64,000 bases of DNA, from contig JAGIQG010000032.1 of assembly GCA_024679065.1 (NCBI GenBank), positions 5,890,001 through 5,954,000 of the forward strand. Reading direction: 5' to 3'. The position numbers and the translations under genes were made by a program. Under the pieces are notes generated by a model. It had not been told where the DNA came from. It did no database searches and saw nothing but the letters and a program-made list of their open reading frames with translations. This stretch comes from Sphyrna mokarran. Taxonomy: Eukaryota. This document shows, in pieces, positions 50,764-63,057 of this stretch; the stretch's first letter is position 1, and every line of letters begins with the position of its first letter.

Positions 50764-52533
50764 CTGTGGAAAAATTCAATATTGTGGTCAATTTCAGATA
50801 CCTCCTTTGCAGAATACCAATCAGACCTCAGCACTGAATCCCAACAGTAATCCACTCCAGAGATCCACACATAAAGAGTAGAACTCGAGATATATATACG
50901 TACTAACAATATATTACCCCTGAACCATCTTCCACGTATCTCAAGGGGTTACCTCTTTCAGCAGGCTTAGAGCTCCAGTTAGGCTGAGCTCATTGCAAGT
51001 CTAGATGAAAACCTACTCAGCTTCAGTGAAGGACCACGACCAGGATCAACATCTGCTCTTGAAAATAACACTCTTCTAGAGTCCACTCTATTATAAACAG
51101 GAACAATACAGCTTGCAGACCACTCACGCAGAAGACAAACATTAAAGCTCAGTTACACAAGCCTTCCCCCCACCATTTTACATGAGTAAGTGAAATATTG
51201 TCACCCACTTGTAGAATTAAATACTAGAATCAAAGCCATCATTAGGACTTGTAGTACTTAACACTGCCATTAACACTCCCTTTGTCTTGTGTCCGTGACA
51301 TTTTTGTCAAATCTCGAACTCCCACCTGACATATTTTGCTCCAACCCCTCTCCAACCATATAACCCATCATATCTCTACCTTTCCTCAGCTCTAAAGAAG
51401 TCATACAGGTTGAAATTTTAATTCTGTTCCTCTCTACACAGATGCTGCCAAGACCTGAGGTTTTTTTTCCAGCATTTTATTTTTAGTATGATTTCTCTAA
51501 TCAGTTTAAAACGATTTAATAATTATAATAAATTGCCCTGCAAATTAATGATTAGAAGGACCAGAGTTCAAGAATTATCACTTAATGAGAACCCACATGT
51601 AAGCAAAAGCATTTGCATAATAACATACGTTAACAGCGAAAGCATCTGATCCCACTTTATTTTACTAATAAACATTCCGCACTTTTTAAAAGACAGCAAG
51701 TCTTGAAAGTTTACATTAAGTTAAATCCAGCTTCAGCCTCAGCTGTAAATGCACTAAAAATAAACTGATATTTCTCAATACTTCCAACTTAAACATTAAT
51801 AGCAAACAGTTACATCTTTGATTTAAGATTGGTCAGCTTCTTAGGTCATTCCTGGATTGGAAGCAATACAAAACCTCCTTTATTTCTCATATTTCTTTTA
51901 TTATTTTAATGTGGATGGGTGAAGCACTGAACAAGGGGCACGAGCACATCTATCAAATTTTTGGACCACTGATTAAGAGCTACACACAAGTTTTCATTGC
52001 AGTATGTTTCATAGCACCAATGCAATACACAGAGAGACTAGACGGGTAAATACATGGGGCTATTGGATAGGGCCTGAGTGGGATCGTTGTCAGTGCAGGC
52101 TTGATGGGCCAAATGACACTGTAGAATTCGATGTTTTATTCTATGTTCAGTGACCATCCAGAACAATCCACAATGCTGAACAGAAATACAAATGGATTCT
52201 TTCACTCATGTGTAAAAATGAGCCCAGAGTGTGGATTATATAGAATTATAGAAAAACATTAAGCACAAACAGTTCTATGAACGTCACATCATATCTGCAC
52301 ACACTGATAAATCAAATCTGTGCTATATGCAACAGGAAGGGGAAAACTTATTTTGGTACAATGCAAAATTCTTAATTCATCATCTCAAGTTGTTCCTAAC
52401 AGGACAGACATGTGACAAGCAGTAGAAATGAGTTTATTTAGAGTAAGAAACTAATCGAATGCTTCAGTCTAAATCGGGAATGATCATCATCAGTACTCGA
52501 ATTGACAGTTCCAGGAAGTATATCGATACATAC

Positions 52534-52650
52534 CGGGCTGGACTGTTTCAGCAGACATTCTTGTAGGTTCAAGATTGGCATCCGTGCAGGAGGAGCAGGG
52601 CTATGCAGAAAGTCAGCGAGAGGGCATTCCTTTCCATTGGAGAATGATTT
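52534..52650 (-). CDS. NCOA4: NCOA4 exon 7
   Basis: KSFSNGKECPLADFLHSPAPPARMPILNLQECLLKQSSP weakly resembles human KSASGIVAVPFSEWL; acceptor TTCTTCTTTACAG, donor GTATGT; phase 0/0. Confidence 0.75.
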
Positions 52651-52919
52651 CTGTAAAGAAGAAAGGTAACATTATAGTTACCACATTACAGCAGCAGTAA
52701 CACAGCATAGTATGGCTCAATGCCCCAGGCGTCACACCTGCAGAATGTTGTACAAATGCACAAGGGAAAAAAGAGCAACTAGGGCCAACGCAATGGGACA
52801 TCAAGATCCCTGGTCACTTACCATGTCAACAGAACAGAAGTGCAATACTTCCAAGGCGAGACCTACACCCAGGTGAATGAAATTCACAAGATACTCAGTT
52901 TACAGTATGCCCATTACCA

Positions 52920-53180
52920 AATCACACAATTCTTAACAGTGCAGGTGGCTATTCTGCCCATCAAGACCGCACTGTCAGCAATCCCACTCAGGCCATATCC
53001 CCATTGCCCAACTTATTTACCCTGTTAATCCCCCTGACACTAAGGGGCAATTTCATATGGCCAATCAACCTAATCCGCACATCTTTGGATGTGGGAGGAA
53101 ACAGTCATCTGGAGCTGGAATTGAACCTGGGTCCCTGAAGCTGTGAGGCAGCAGTGCTAACCACTGTGCCACTGTCACCC
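52920..53180 (-). mobile_element. HE1/V-SINE, tail type A
   Basis: Reverse-complement head GTGAGGCAGCAGTGCTAACCACTGTGCCAC and partial core. Confidence 0.85.
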
Positions 53181-53484
53181 TCAATACACTCAAATGAGGG
53201 AAGAACTTATCACAGTCCTAAGGTTACAGCTGAATATCAGTTGTTATATTGTTCTACATTTTACATGCAAGCTTAGGTACAAAAGGTCGTAATTCATATG
53301 TGAAAGCTCAATGCAACAGCAGTATCTGCTTAATTCCAAAACAATAGTACTGTATATATCAAGGCCAATGACCTTCAAAGAGCTGACACTTAAAGATCAA
53401 AATCACAACTGAAAAAAAGGCCAAAATTAGGGAGCTTTTGACATGAAACTGAGCAAATAAATTCGTTGTTCAGATTGTCTGGTT

Positions 53485-53790
53485 GGCACAATGATTAACT
53501 CTGCTGTCTCACCGCTCCATGGACTCAAGTTCGATTCCTGGCTGGGGTCACAGTCCATGTGGAGTTTGCACATTTTCCCCATATCTGCATGGGTTTCCTC
53601 TCACACCCCAAAGACGCGCAGATCAGGTTGATTGGCCATGCAACATTGCCCTTTAGTGTCCCAGGATGTGTAGGTTAGGGGGATTAGTAGCGTGAATGTG
53701 GGATTGTGGGCACAGGGCCTCGGACAGGATTGTTGTTGATGCAGACTCAATGGGCCGAACGGCCTCCTGTAGAGATTTTAATGATTTCTA
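53485..53790 (+). mobile_element. HE1/V-SINE, tail type A
   Basis: GTTCGATTCC B box, V core and GGGCCGAACGGCCTCC tail. Confidence 0.85.
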
Positions 53791-54174
53791 TGATGATATG
53801 CGTACTCATTATGAACTATTATAAATTCAGCCGAAACTTTGGAAAACTTGCCACATCTGCATTAAATTGACACATTGAACTTTCCACACGTTCAGCAACA
53901 GTACAAGAAATGGAAGCTTAAAGAATGGTCCTTTTGGAGCTACAAATTGCAGAAGTAAATTATTTTCTCAATAGCCTCATTTATACACTCATAATCCTGC
54001 TGGAATTTCTTCAATGCCTTTACATTCTCAGTACTGTGTGATCTTCATGCAACTATTGGGAACATTAATAGTTTGTACATTTTTCTAGTGAGCGATGAAG
54101 CACATCAGGTTGAACAAACTCAGTTCACTTTCAACAGCAAGGAACATGACAAGCCACTTCTTAAAAAGTCTTAC

Positions 54175-54252
54175 TGTTGTCAGCAGTGGTACCAAGCAAT
54201 AATCCAAGTCAGCTGCCATGGTGCAAGGGCTCTTGTACTCAGTCTCTGAAAC
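54175..54252 (-). CDS. NCOA4: NCOA4 exon 6 (diverged)
   Basis: VSETEYKSPCTMAADLDYCLVPLLTT; acceptor TTTGTGTGTAG, donor GTAAGA; phase 0/0 at the expected position but little sequence similarity. Confidence 0.6.
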
Positions 54253-55321
54253 CTACACACAAACCAGAAAGAATTTTTAGGACTCCTGTAATCAGGCAGC
54301 CAACATTCACCCCAATTACATTTGCCCACACTATCACTCGCTTGGTGTAAGTGTGTACGCATTTGCCGTCCTCACTAACTTTGTTAGTCACCTGTCTTAT
54401 TTCAAAGCAGGGGCCTGAATTTAGTCCAAAAATAAAAGAATGATCTTTTTTCAGAAGGAGAAACTGTTATTTCTTATCTAGATTTCAAATCGAAGGCAAT
54501 TTACACAAGCCTCCCATCAATCTTTTTATGGCAGGAAGGAAATGGTGACCATGCCAAACTCTGCTTTGGTCACTAAAGAAGTTTACATGCTTTAGGGACA
54601 TTGCTGATTGCTCTGGGTTGGCTGCATTACTGAAAGAGCACAGTCAAGAATAATCACCCACTGAAACATTTTAAACAGGAACAATGGAGAGCAGAGCATA
54701 GCAATATCAGAACACTGCTACATCACAGCATCAGGGACGCACATTCAATTCCAGCCTTAGATCACTCTCTGTATTGAGTCTTCACATTCTCTCATTCCTT
54801 ATGGGTCTCCAGTTTCCTCCCACAGCCTGAAACATGTGCTAGTTAGGTTGACAACTATGGTTAACTGCCCCTTAGTGTCAGGTGTAAATATATGGGTTAC
54901 GGGGATTGGGCCTGGGTGGAATTGCAAACTCAATGGGCTGAATAATCTCCTTCTACACTGTAGGATTAACATGGTTTTAGAACTGCACAACTTAAAGCTG
55001 CAAAGTTGAACGTGGTTACTCAACATTATTGTAAGTGTCATGTTTAAATCTAAGGCCCCATCTAAACAGTTACACCACCCATCATCAGTGAAGCATACTG
55101 ATATACTTATAACCATAAGGGAAATTGGCCAATGCAGATAATTACCATGTTCCAAATGAGGTGTCCTCAATCATTCAGCATACACCGATAGGCAGCAGAT
55201 AAAGAATCTTTTCTCATTGCTATACCACCCTTCCAATAATAAACAAGAATTCTGATTCTCTGACATAAATATTATGAAAAATAAATATTTGTTGAACTAA
55301 CAGACTGGTTAAGATTCTTAC

Positions 55322-55430
55322 CGGTGTTTTGATGGCCCCAAAGCTTGTAATGGCTTGGCGGAGTGTTGGGACGTCAGCCTCAAAGTTCATGGTCGGAGAT
55401 TCTTCCGGTTTCAGAGTCAGGCTCTTCAAT
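55322..55430 (-). CDS. NCOA4: NCOA4 exon 5
   Basis: LKSLTLKPEESPTMNFEADVPTLRQAITSFGAIKTP; 109 nt; canonical splice sites. Confidence 0.96.
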
Positions 55431-55976
55431 CTGGAATGGGACATGTGCTAAATCAGTAACTGGCTGTGTGACTTGCCTATTTACATAACTGCTGAGGGAA
55501 AGCTGTGGAAACATTTAACACAAGCAGGCCATTCTTTATAAAAACCACAGCAGATGCTGGGAATCTAAAATAAACACGGAAAGAAAATGCTGGAAGTACT
55601 CAGCAAAAGTCAGGCAATGGAAGAGGAGAGAAATAAAGCTAATTTTTCCAAGTCGATGGCCTTTCATCAGAAATGGAAACATAATTAATTTCCTTGTCTC
55701 AGTTCATTTGCCGCTTTTTTTTCCTTCTTCAGTTAACACACTCCAAGAGAGCACTGACTCCCATTGGACGGATTTATAGTCAAGTTAAGCTCGAAGATTT
55801 TCACAATAATTTCACTGCAGTCTTAATGTAAGAATTCTGCCATCTTTCCTTTCTGTGTCATATACTTTTGTCTGCCTCAGTACAAAACTTGCTTAAAACC
55901 CGTTGCATCTTTACTCAGAATCATACACAGAGAAGAGGCCCTCCAGGCCACCAAGTCTGCACTGAGAAAGACCTTA

Positions 55977-56005
55977 CACACACACACACACATACACACA
56001 TACAC
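55977..56005. repeat. (CA)n microsatellite
   Basis: Directly visible. Confidence 0.9.
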
Positions 56006-57444
56006 CCTCCCTCCCATCTGATCCCATTTACCAACACTTGACCCACTCCAGTCAGTGCATTGCAGAGAGGTACCCTATGACCCCGGATGGCTTAAGCTCT
56101 TAAGTTTAAAGTTTATTATTGTCACTGTAGGCTTACATTAACACTGCAATCAAGTTATTCTACTCATCACACTCTGGCTTCTGTTCGGGTACATTGAGGG
56201 AAAACTTAGCATGACCAGCACACCTAATCAGCACACCTTTGGACAATGGGAGGAAATCCAGAAGACTCCACAGTCACTCAAGTTGGGAGACAGTGGTGCT
56301 AACCACTGTGCTATCCCTAATGACAGAAAGGGTAATAGCGTAAGACAAAAAAATGATAATGCAACAACCCAAGAAACAAAAGATAGATCTTGAGGCAGTA
56401 TAAATGGCAATAGCAGAATCATTACCAGTTGCAAATGTGGGGGGTAAGAAAATGTGGTTGTGAGGCTATGAAGTGCCTATAAAAAGATGAGTGTTGTCCC
56501 AAACTTCTGATCATTCTATACTGCTGAAGAGAAAGACATGTTGTGGAAGATTTTTCTCTTGCATTCAAGGCAGAACCACAAGAATACCAAATTTCAAAAC
56601 CTATCCTGATGCGTACAAGATGAAAAGCTTCAACAGCTCATCTTTTTTTCAGCGAAGGCAAATGGCCATTTTAAACATTCCTCCTTTTGGGGGCATTTCT
56701 ATTGATATGAAAATCACTGCAGGTTAGGACAGTGGCTGCTATCCCAATTCCCATATAACCCAATTTTAGTTACACTGCTGCTGTTTTTAACATAGAAGCT
56801 GATCCCTGACTCCAAAAATCTTTAATTTGAATGACTGGCACTGAATCTAACACCTTTCTAATCAGTCACAGAATCCCAAACCCTTGCTACCCAGTCGCGC
56901 ACAGCTATGCATTAAATAAAGTGGGTCTACTAGTTATAGGCCAAAAGCCATTTGTTACATATAGGCTGAGTATCATTTAGTCACAAGTTCAAAAGCCAAA
57001 CATATCCAAAAACAGCACTTTTTTTTTTAACCCTATTGATCTTTAGGATAGGAAGTCCAGTTGTTTGTCAGTACTGTTTACCTTGTGGATTTTGTGGGGA
57101 ACATGTCAAAATGAGACTTGTTAAAGATACTGCATTTATTATTCAGGGACGCAACTTAATTTTCTGGACATTTTATTTACTTTAGACCATAGCTATCGCA
57201 GGACTAGGTTATTGTATTGTATGTTTATATATGATGTCCTAAAACCAAAATTATTTGAAGTCTGAAATACAATTGGCTCCAAGGGCTTTGGCTAAAGAAT
57301 ATTTGATCTATCACAGGTACAAAGTAAAAGGCTTTAAGGATTTTAGCTGAAGTTATTCTGCATTTAATTTTGATTTCAACTTCATAACATATACCGACAA
57401 TGAGTTCCTTAAAAAGCCACAACTTGGAGCGTGGCAGTTCTCAC

Positions 57445-57533
57445 CTCTCCAGGCAGGTTATAATTTGATCAGTTGGAAGGTTACTCTGGGGATGTTCCAA
57501 TTGGTGAATAAGGCAGTTGAACTGACCCAGCAG
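57445..57533 (-). CDS. NCOA4: NCOA4 exon 4
   Basis: LLGQFNCLIHQLEHPQSNLPTDQIITCLE(R); 89 nt; acceptor TTTTCCCACAG, donor GTGAGA. Confidence 0.96.
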
Positions 57534-57660
57534 CTGTGGGAAAATAAAAATTGCATTTATACTTGTATCATGGTACAGCTCAAAAAAATAACTGCGCACT
57601 TCAACTATTCTTGTGTATGGTAAACGTGGCAGCCATTCTGCAGAGCAGCAACCTACATGT

Positions 57661-59010
57661 AACAGAGAGATTAATGGAGTGATCAGCAAGTTTGCAGATG
57701 ATACAAAGATGGCTGGACTTGCGGATAGTGAGGAGCATTGTCAGGCGATGCAGCAGGACATAGATAAGCTGGTAGCTTGGGCAGAAAGATGGCAAATGGA
57801 ATTCAATCCTGATAAATGCGAGGTGATGCATTTCAGGAGAAAGATTATTGGGGAGAGGTATATGGTAAAGGGTAGACCTATTAACAGTATAGAAACGCAG
57901 AGGGACCTGGGGTGCAGGTGCACAAGTCTCTGAAGGTGGAGAAGGTTGTGAAGAAAGCATAAGGTATGCTAGCCTTTATAGGAAGAGGTATAGAGTACAA
58001 GAGTTGGCCTTTAATGTTGCAGTTGTATAAAACATTGGTTAGACCTCATTTGGAATACTATGTCCAGTTCTGGTCGCCTTACTACCGGAAGGACGTGGAG
58101 ACTCTGCAGAGAGTGCAGAGGAGGTTTACCAGGATGATGCTTGGTATGGAAGGTGTGAGTTACGAGGAGAGGTTAGGCAAATTGGGGCTGTTTTCCTTAG
58201 AAAGACGTAGACTTAGAGGAGATCTAATAGAGGTGTACAAGATTATGAGGAGTATAAATAGAGTAACCAGGATTAAGCTTTTTCCTAAGATGGACTCAAA
58301 TAGCACAAGGGCTCAAGGGCTTAGGGTGAGGGGGGTAAGGTATAATTTGTATGCTAGAGGGAGTCTTTTCACACAGAGAGTGGTGGGGGTATGGAACGCG
58401 CTGCCAAGTAAAGTGGTAGAGGCAGGCACTCGAGTTATTTAAGAGATACTTAGATGGGCACATGAACAGAATGGGAATGGAGGGGTAAGGAAAACTGATT
58501 TAAAATAGGGATAATGAGCCTGGGGAGTCCCTGGGAAGTGTGTAAATAGACGATGATATTGATGTACTTGTTTTTATCCTGCAGGTGCTTTGGTCCGCCT
58601 AACAAGAGGCGTACACGCGATGGGTCGTGAGAAGGCTGCTCTTGGATTTTTCAAGAGTATCCTAGTGCTTCACGTCATTAGTGTACACTTGACCTGGACC
58701 ATTTGATGGGCAACACAACAGCTCAGTGACTATGCTGTGCTGTGCAGATACATGGATTTGGGCTTGTGTCTGTGGGAGTTTGTGCATTCTCCCCGTACTT
58801 GCGTGGGTTTTCTCCAGGTGCTCTGGTTTCCTCCCACATCCCAAAGATGTGCTCTTAGGCTAACTGGCAGACAAATTCTCCCTAAATTGTCTCAAATTTG
58901 GTTTCAATCCATAAATCTATAAACATAAGACAGGGATCATGGGAACATTGAGGCGGCGGCGCATGCTTGTTGGGCTGAAGGGTCTGTTTCCCGTGCTGTT
59001 TTTTCTTTGT
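57661..59010 (+). mobile_element. CR1-type LINE (RT from KFADDTK onward) with V-SINE-containing 3' UTR
   Basis: ORFs 57613-57933 and 57966-58442 carry RT motifs; the 3' UTR is homologous to 40880-41352. Confidence 0.93.
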
Positions 59011-59593
59011 AGTCATTCATTTATGGAGAAATCGCAAAAAAGAGTTGCAGCAGAAACTAAAGATATACAAAGTTGTAAAGAAGTTGTAGAAATAGGGAGC
59101 AATTAAATCTTGGAAGAAATTAAGACAAGGATCTAAAGTTAAACATTTGAAGGGGAGGGACTGGGAGCTGGTGTTTTGGGACATGCAGTGTCTATGGGAC
59201 ATAAGGTGTAACAATAGAAAAATTAAGTCTCAACATTATAAAAGCGAAGATAAAGATTTTAGTGGCAGACACAGGTTGACGGCAGACAATTTTGCGTAAA
59301 TAGGCAATGAAGACAAAATACTGGCTGTTTCAGTCATGAGGTACACCAGCTCTAGATTTTAGTTTATACATTGGGTTAGTTTACCTCTAAATAGGCTACA
59401 CTTGTGAGCAGGAATAACATAAAATTTAATACCACATAATTATCAACATATTCACAAAAACCTCACAGCAAACTCGCAAGCATTGCATCGTCCTTTTAAA
59501 TGGAATGCACAACCAAAGTTCCAAAAATGTTGCTTTTCTATTTTAAGTCCAACTTCTAGAATTGTTACTTTAATGGCATAACCATTCCCTTAC

Positions 59594-59734
59594 ACAGTAA
59601 AGCTGCTGAATCTGTTGCTGCAGGGCTTCTTCCTTCAGCTGTTGCAGTAGATCGATCTGTTCCAAGAGATAAACCTCTCGACTCCGCAGGCACTCTAAGT
59701 GACGGCTGATACAGCTATGAATTTGAAATTTTAC
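59594..59734 (-). CDS. NCOA4: NCOA4 exon 3
   Basis: VKFQIHSCISRHLECLRSREVYLLEQIDLLQQLKEEALQQQIQQLYC is a hallmark ARA70-domain sequence; 141 nt. Confidence 0.98.
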
Positions 59735-59897
59735 CTACAAAAGACCAAGGAACTAATCAATGGCATTCCACATACAAGAAATGGCATGTTAGAATGAATA
59801 AAAAAATCTACAGGCTGCAGTATTAATAAAACTTTTGTTTTACTTAAGACTTGAGTGTTCTCATCTAGCACCTAACATGATCCAAAGAACAGCTTAC

Positions 59898-60047
59898 CTC
59901 CTTACTGTTTGCTTTTATCTCCTGTTCAGCTTTAATGATACTGCTAATGGCAGTCTCCAAATCTCGTTTAGCCTGGGTGCAATTCATTATCAAATCCTTT
60001 GGTTGGCAGTTTGTACTTTCCCCACCCTGTTTGCGTGTTGGATTCAT
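59898..60047 (-). CDS. NCOA4: NCOA4 first coding exon (exon 2; acceptor places the exon start at 60055)
   Basis: MNPTRKQGG...CTQAKRDLETAISSIIKAEQEIKANSKE resembles human CSDARRDLELAIGGVLRAEQQIKDNLRE; donor GTAAGC. Confidence 0.94.
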
Positions 60048-60564
60048 CTTGGTCTCTGTTGAGAAAAAAAGTTGTTAAGATAAACATAGCCATGGAATGT
60101 CAATACAATGCAAGATTAGCAGGCTGTCACACTCCCAACGCCCAAGAAATGCCAGTAACTTAAAAACAGCTTAATGTAAGGAATACCAATTACTGACTGT
60201 TCAAATTCATGCTGATTTTATGTTAGTTCACTTAACAGCCTGACTCTGACCAACATTCTACAGAGCACCATTTAGATTCAGATCCTCAAAGCACTTGGCT
60301 CTCCCCCCACATATACAAAGTAAAGTCTTTATTGGTTATTTTAAATTATGATACAGAGATGCCAGCGTTTCCAGAAGCTTGTGGCTTTACTATCAAATAA
60401 ACTGGTTGGACTTTAACGTGGTATTGTGAGATACTTGCTGTATTTTAAATTATATCAGAGCTCTTCTGATGTTACACCTGGTGACTCAGGCTATGCTTTT
60501 GTAGAGGAGAGAGAATTTAAGTGTAGATCTGGGGAAGGATGTAAACATCTCCAATGAAGGCTCG

Positions 60565-61075
60565 ACAATCAGCAGGCAGGAGTGTTCCCTTCCTGTTGGG
60601 AAACACTTCAGCAGTCAAGGGCATTCAGCCTCTGATCTTCAGGTAAGCATTCTCCAAGGCAGCCTTTACGAACACGACAACACAGAATCGCTGAACAGAA
60701 ATTGATAGCCAAGTTCCGCACACATGAGGACAGCCTCAACTGGGTTGGATTCATATCACACTATCTGTAACCCCCAAAACTTGCCTGGGCTTGCAAAATC
60801 TTACTAACTATCCTGGCTGAAGACAATTCACATCTCTTTAACCCGTACTTAACCTTCTCTCTACTCACATTGTCTGCACCAGTAAAAGACTTAATTACCT
60901 GTTAGGATTCGCATTCCACCTATTATCTTGCAATTGAGTTTGTGTCTATATATGCCCTCTTTGTGAATCAAATCCTGCACTTACCTGATGAAGGGACAGC
61001 GCTCTGAAAACTTGTGCTACCAAATAAACCTGTTGGATTTTAACTTGGTGTTGAGAGACTACTTGCTGTGCCTAC
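60565..61075 (+). mobile_element. Penelope-like retroelement 3' end: GIY-YIG C-terminus and pLTR
   Basis: Translates to SLPVGKHFSSQGHSASDLQVSILQG and RIAEQKLIAKFRTHEDSLN (frameshifted), followed by a pLTR; a partial direct pLTR copy lies at 60355-60440. Confidence 0.8.
60982..61016 (+). ncRNA. Minimal type I hammerhead ribozyme motif (Penelope pLTR), partly degenerate
   Basis: TAC-CTGATGA-AGGGACAGCGCTCT-GAAA-AC-TT-GTG has the conserved core boxes, a 3-bp stem I and an imperfect stem II. Confidence 0.6.
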
Positions 61076-61409
61076 CTCAGTTCAACTCCACATGAAGGTA
61101 GAATGGAAACAAACTGTATTTAATATAGTTAACCAAAACAATTGACAAACTACTTTAAATTCAAGTATGGTTCAAATTTATCTTGACATTTTTGGTGTCT
61201 CTTTTTGGTCAGTGCCGAACCAATAAGGTCAGTGGCCCTTTTCTGTGCAGTAAACTGGGACTCTATGAATATGGCACACTCTTCCCAGGAAGGCAACGGT
61301 CCCAACTATTTTAGCTTCAACTTTTAAATGTTTATTTTACGACAAAACTTTTCAGGGAAATTATTCAAGTTGATCCTAATGTTTGGGTAAGTTTAATTGT
61401 TCTAAGTGA

Positions 61410-61715
61410 CACAGTGGCACAGTGATTAGCACTGCTGCTTCACACCACCAGGGATCAGGTTCAATTACCAGCTTGGGTCACTGTCTATGTGGAGTTTGCA
61501 CATTTTCTCCGTGTCTGCATGGGTTTTCCCAGGTGCTCCGGTTTCCTCCCATAGTCCAAAGATGTGCTGGTTTGGTGAATTGGTCATGCTAAATTCTCCC
61601 TCCTCTACAAACCCGAACAGTGCCACAATGTGACAACTTGAGAATTTTCACAGTAACTTCATTACAATGTGAATGTAAGCCTATTTGTGACAAATAAACA
61701 AACTTTAACTTTAAA
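61410..61715 (+). mobile_element. HE1/V-SINE, tail type B
   Basis: Full head GTGGCACAGTGATTAGCACTGCTGC, V core and type B tail. Confidence 0.9.
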
Positions 61716-62939
61716 GGTATATTGTACAAAATGTGGTCAGTTTGAGTGGAAGGACAATGGGCAGTTAAAATTTTGTTTGTTGGGTCAACTTTTATCCTGC
61801 TTGCTCTCATGTCCTCAGTCCTCACTGGCAGGTTTTCTACCTTTGCATGTGTCCTGTGGGTCCCTACTGCATCAACTACTATTTTCTGAATTTATGAAAC
61901 CATAATCTGACGAATGCAAGAGGAATTTCCATGGGACACAAAAATGAGAGATCAAGTTACTTGCACAAGCCAGACCAAGACCTCACTCTGCACAGTTCAA
62001 TGCGAGGCTGCAAACACATTACTGATAATGCCCCAATTGTTATAAAACAAAAGGACTGCAGGAAGTGCAACACTTCCAGGAAATGCAAATTGCATTCAGG
62101 AGTTTCAACGTATACGATCAATTCAGAGAGCTTTAGTTAGTCCATATTATACAGTTTCTTCAATAGAAGAGATGAGTGGAGAAACAATAGGCAATTTGAT
62201 GCTATTCGATCCAGATCTAAAGAGATGAGGAGGAGTACCTGAATATGAATAGCAGCTATTTTGGAAATGCATGGAGCCAAAACGAGGCCCCTTAATGAGG
62301 TTTGTGTGAATAGTTTTCATTGATCTGGATCTTTAGTGATGTCACCAACATCACAGGTGGTTTTACAATTTTTATTTTGGTGTAAATCTTTTCCTTAAGT
62401 AAATGTATTTTCTTTTAAGATAAACACAAATCCAGATTTCATGCAAGAACAATTTAGAGCATTTCCGAGAAATTCGAATGTTTAGGACAGTCATTGGGAC
62501 TTTGTTTTTCAAAGAATTTGATTTATAACTGCAGGAAGGAAAGAAAAAATGTGGGCCCCCAATTCTGGACATTTAATAAACAGCTGAATTTACTCTGGAA
62601 AGATGATACTGCTGTTATTCTAAAGACAGAGATCTAAAGGGTTGAAGCCAACATTTTGCACCTAAATCCATCTTACAGCCATTTAGGCATTTTATGCAAA
62701 ATATTTTCCTTAAACAATAGAAAGTCACAAATTGCATATCACAGGAAAAACTGTGGTTCAAAATACTAAATACCTTAAAAATTTCCATGTGCATGTCTGA
62801 AATTTAAAAGGTAAAAAAATAGCCACATAAACTGTGCTTTAAATAACCAGATCATTTTACTGTAGGGACACTCTTCCTCATTGAGATTGAGCCTAAATTT
62901 GAACATACAAGTTACGAAGTTGATGCATGCTCTATTGTT

Positions 62940-63057
62940 CCAGCATGTACACTTGTAGTAAAAAATATATTCAAGCATTTCCTTGTTTAGCAGGCACTCC
63001 AGCATGTACACTTTCAGTAAAAAGTTTATTCAATCATTTCCATATTTAGCAAGCTTC
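62940..63057. repeat. Two-copy tandem duplication, 59-bp period
   Basis: CCAGCATGTACACTT...AGTAAAAA...TTCAA.CATTTCC...TTTAGCA occurs at 62940 and 62999. Confidence 0.85.

Larger units (their letters stand above)
43623..60047 (-). other. NCOA4: NCOA4 gene span (ATG to stop), 10 coding exons, 2025 nt, about 674 aa
   Basis: Exons of 150+141+89+109+78+117+1173+75+87+6 nt join in frame; ARA70 N-terminal domain; adjacent to TIMM23 as in human. Confidence 0.92.

Noticed and set aside
3725-61715. tRNA genes suggested by A/B box motifs
   Set aside because: Every case continues into a SINE body and none forms a full cloverleaf.
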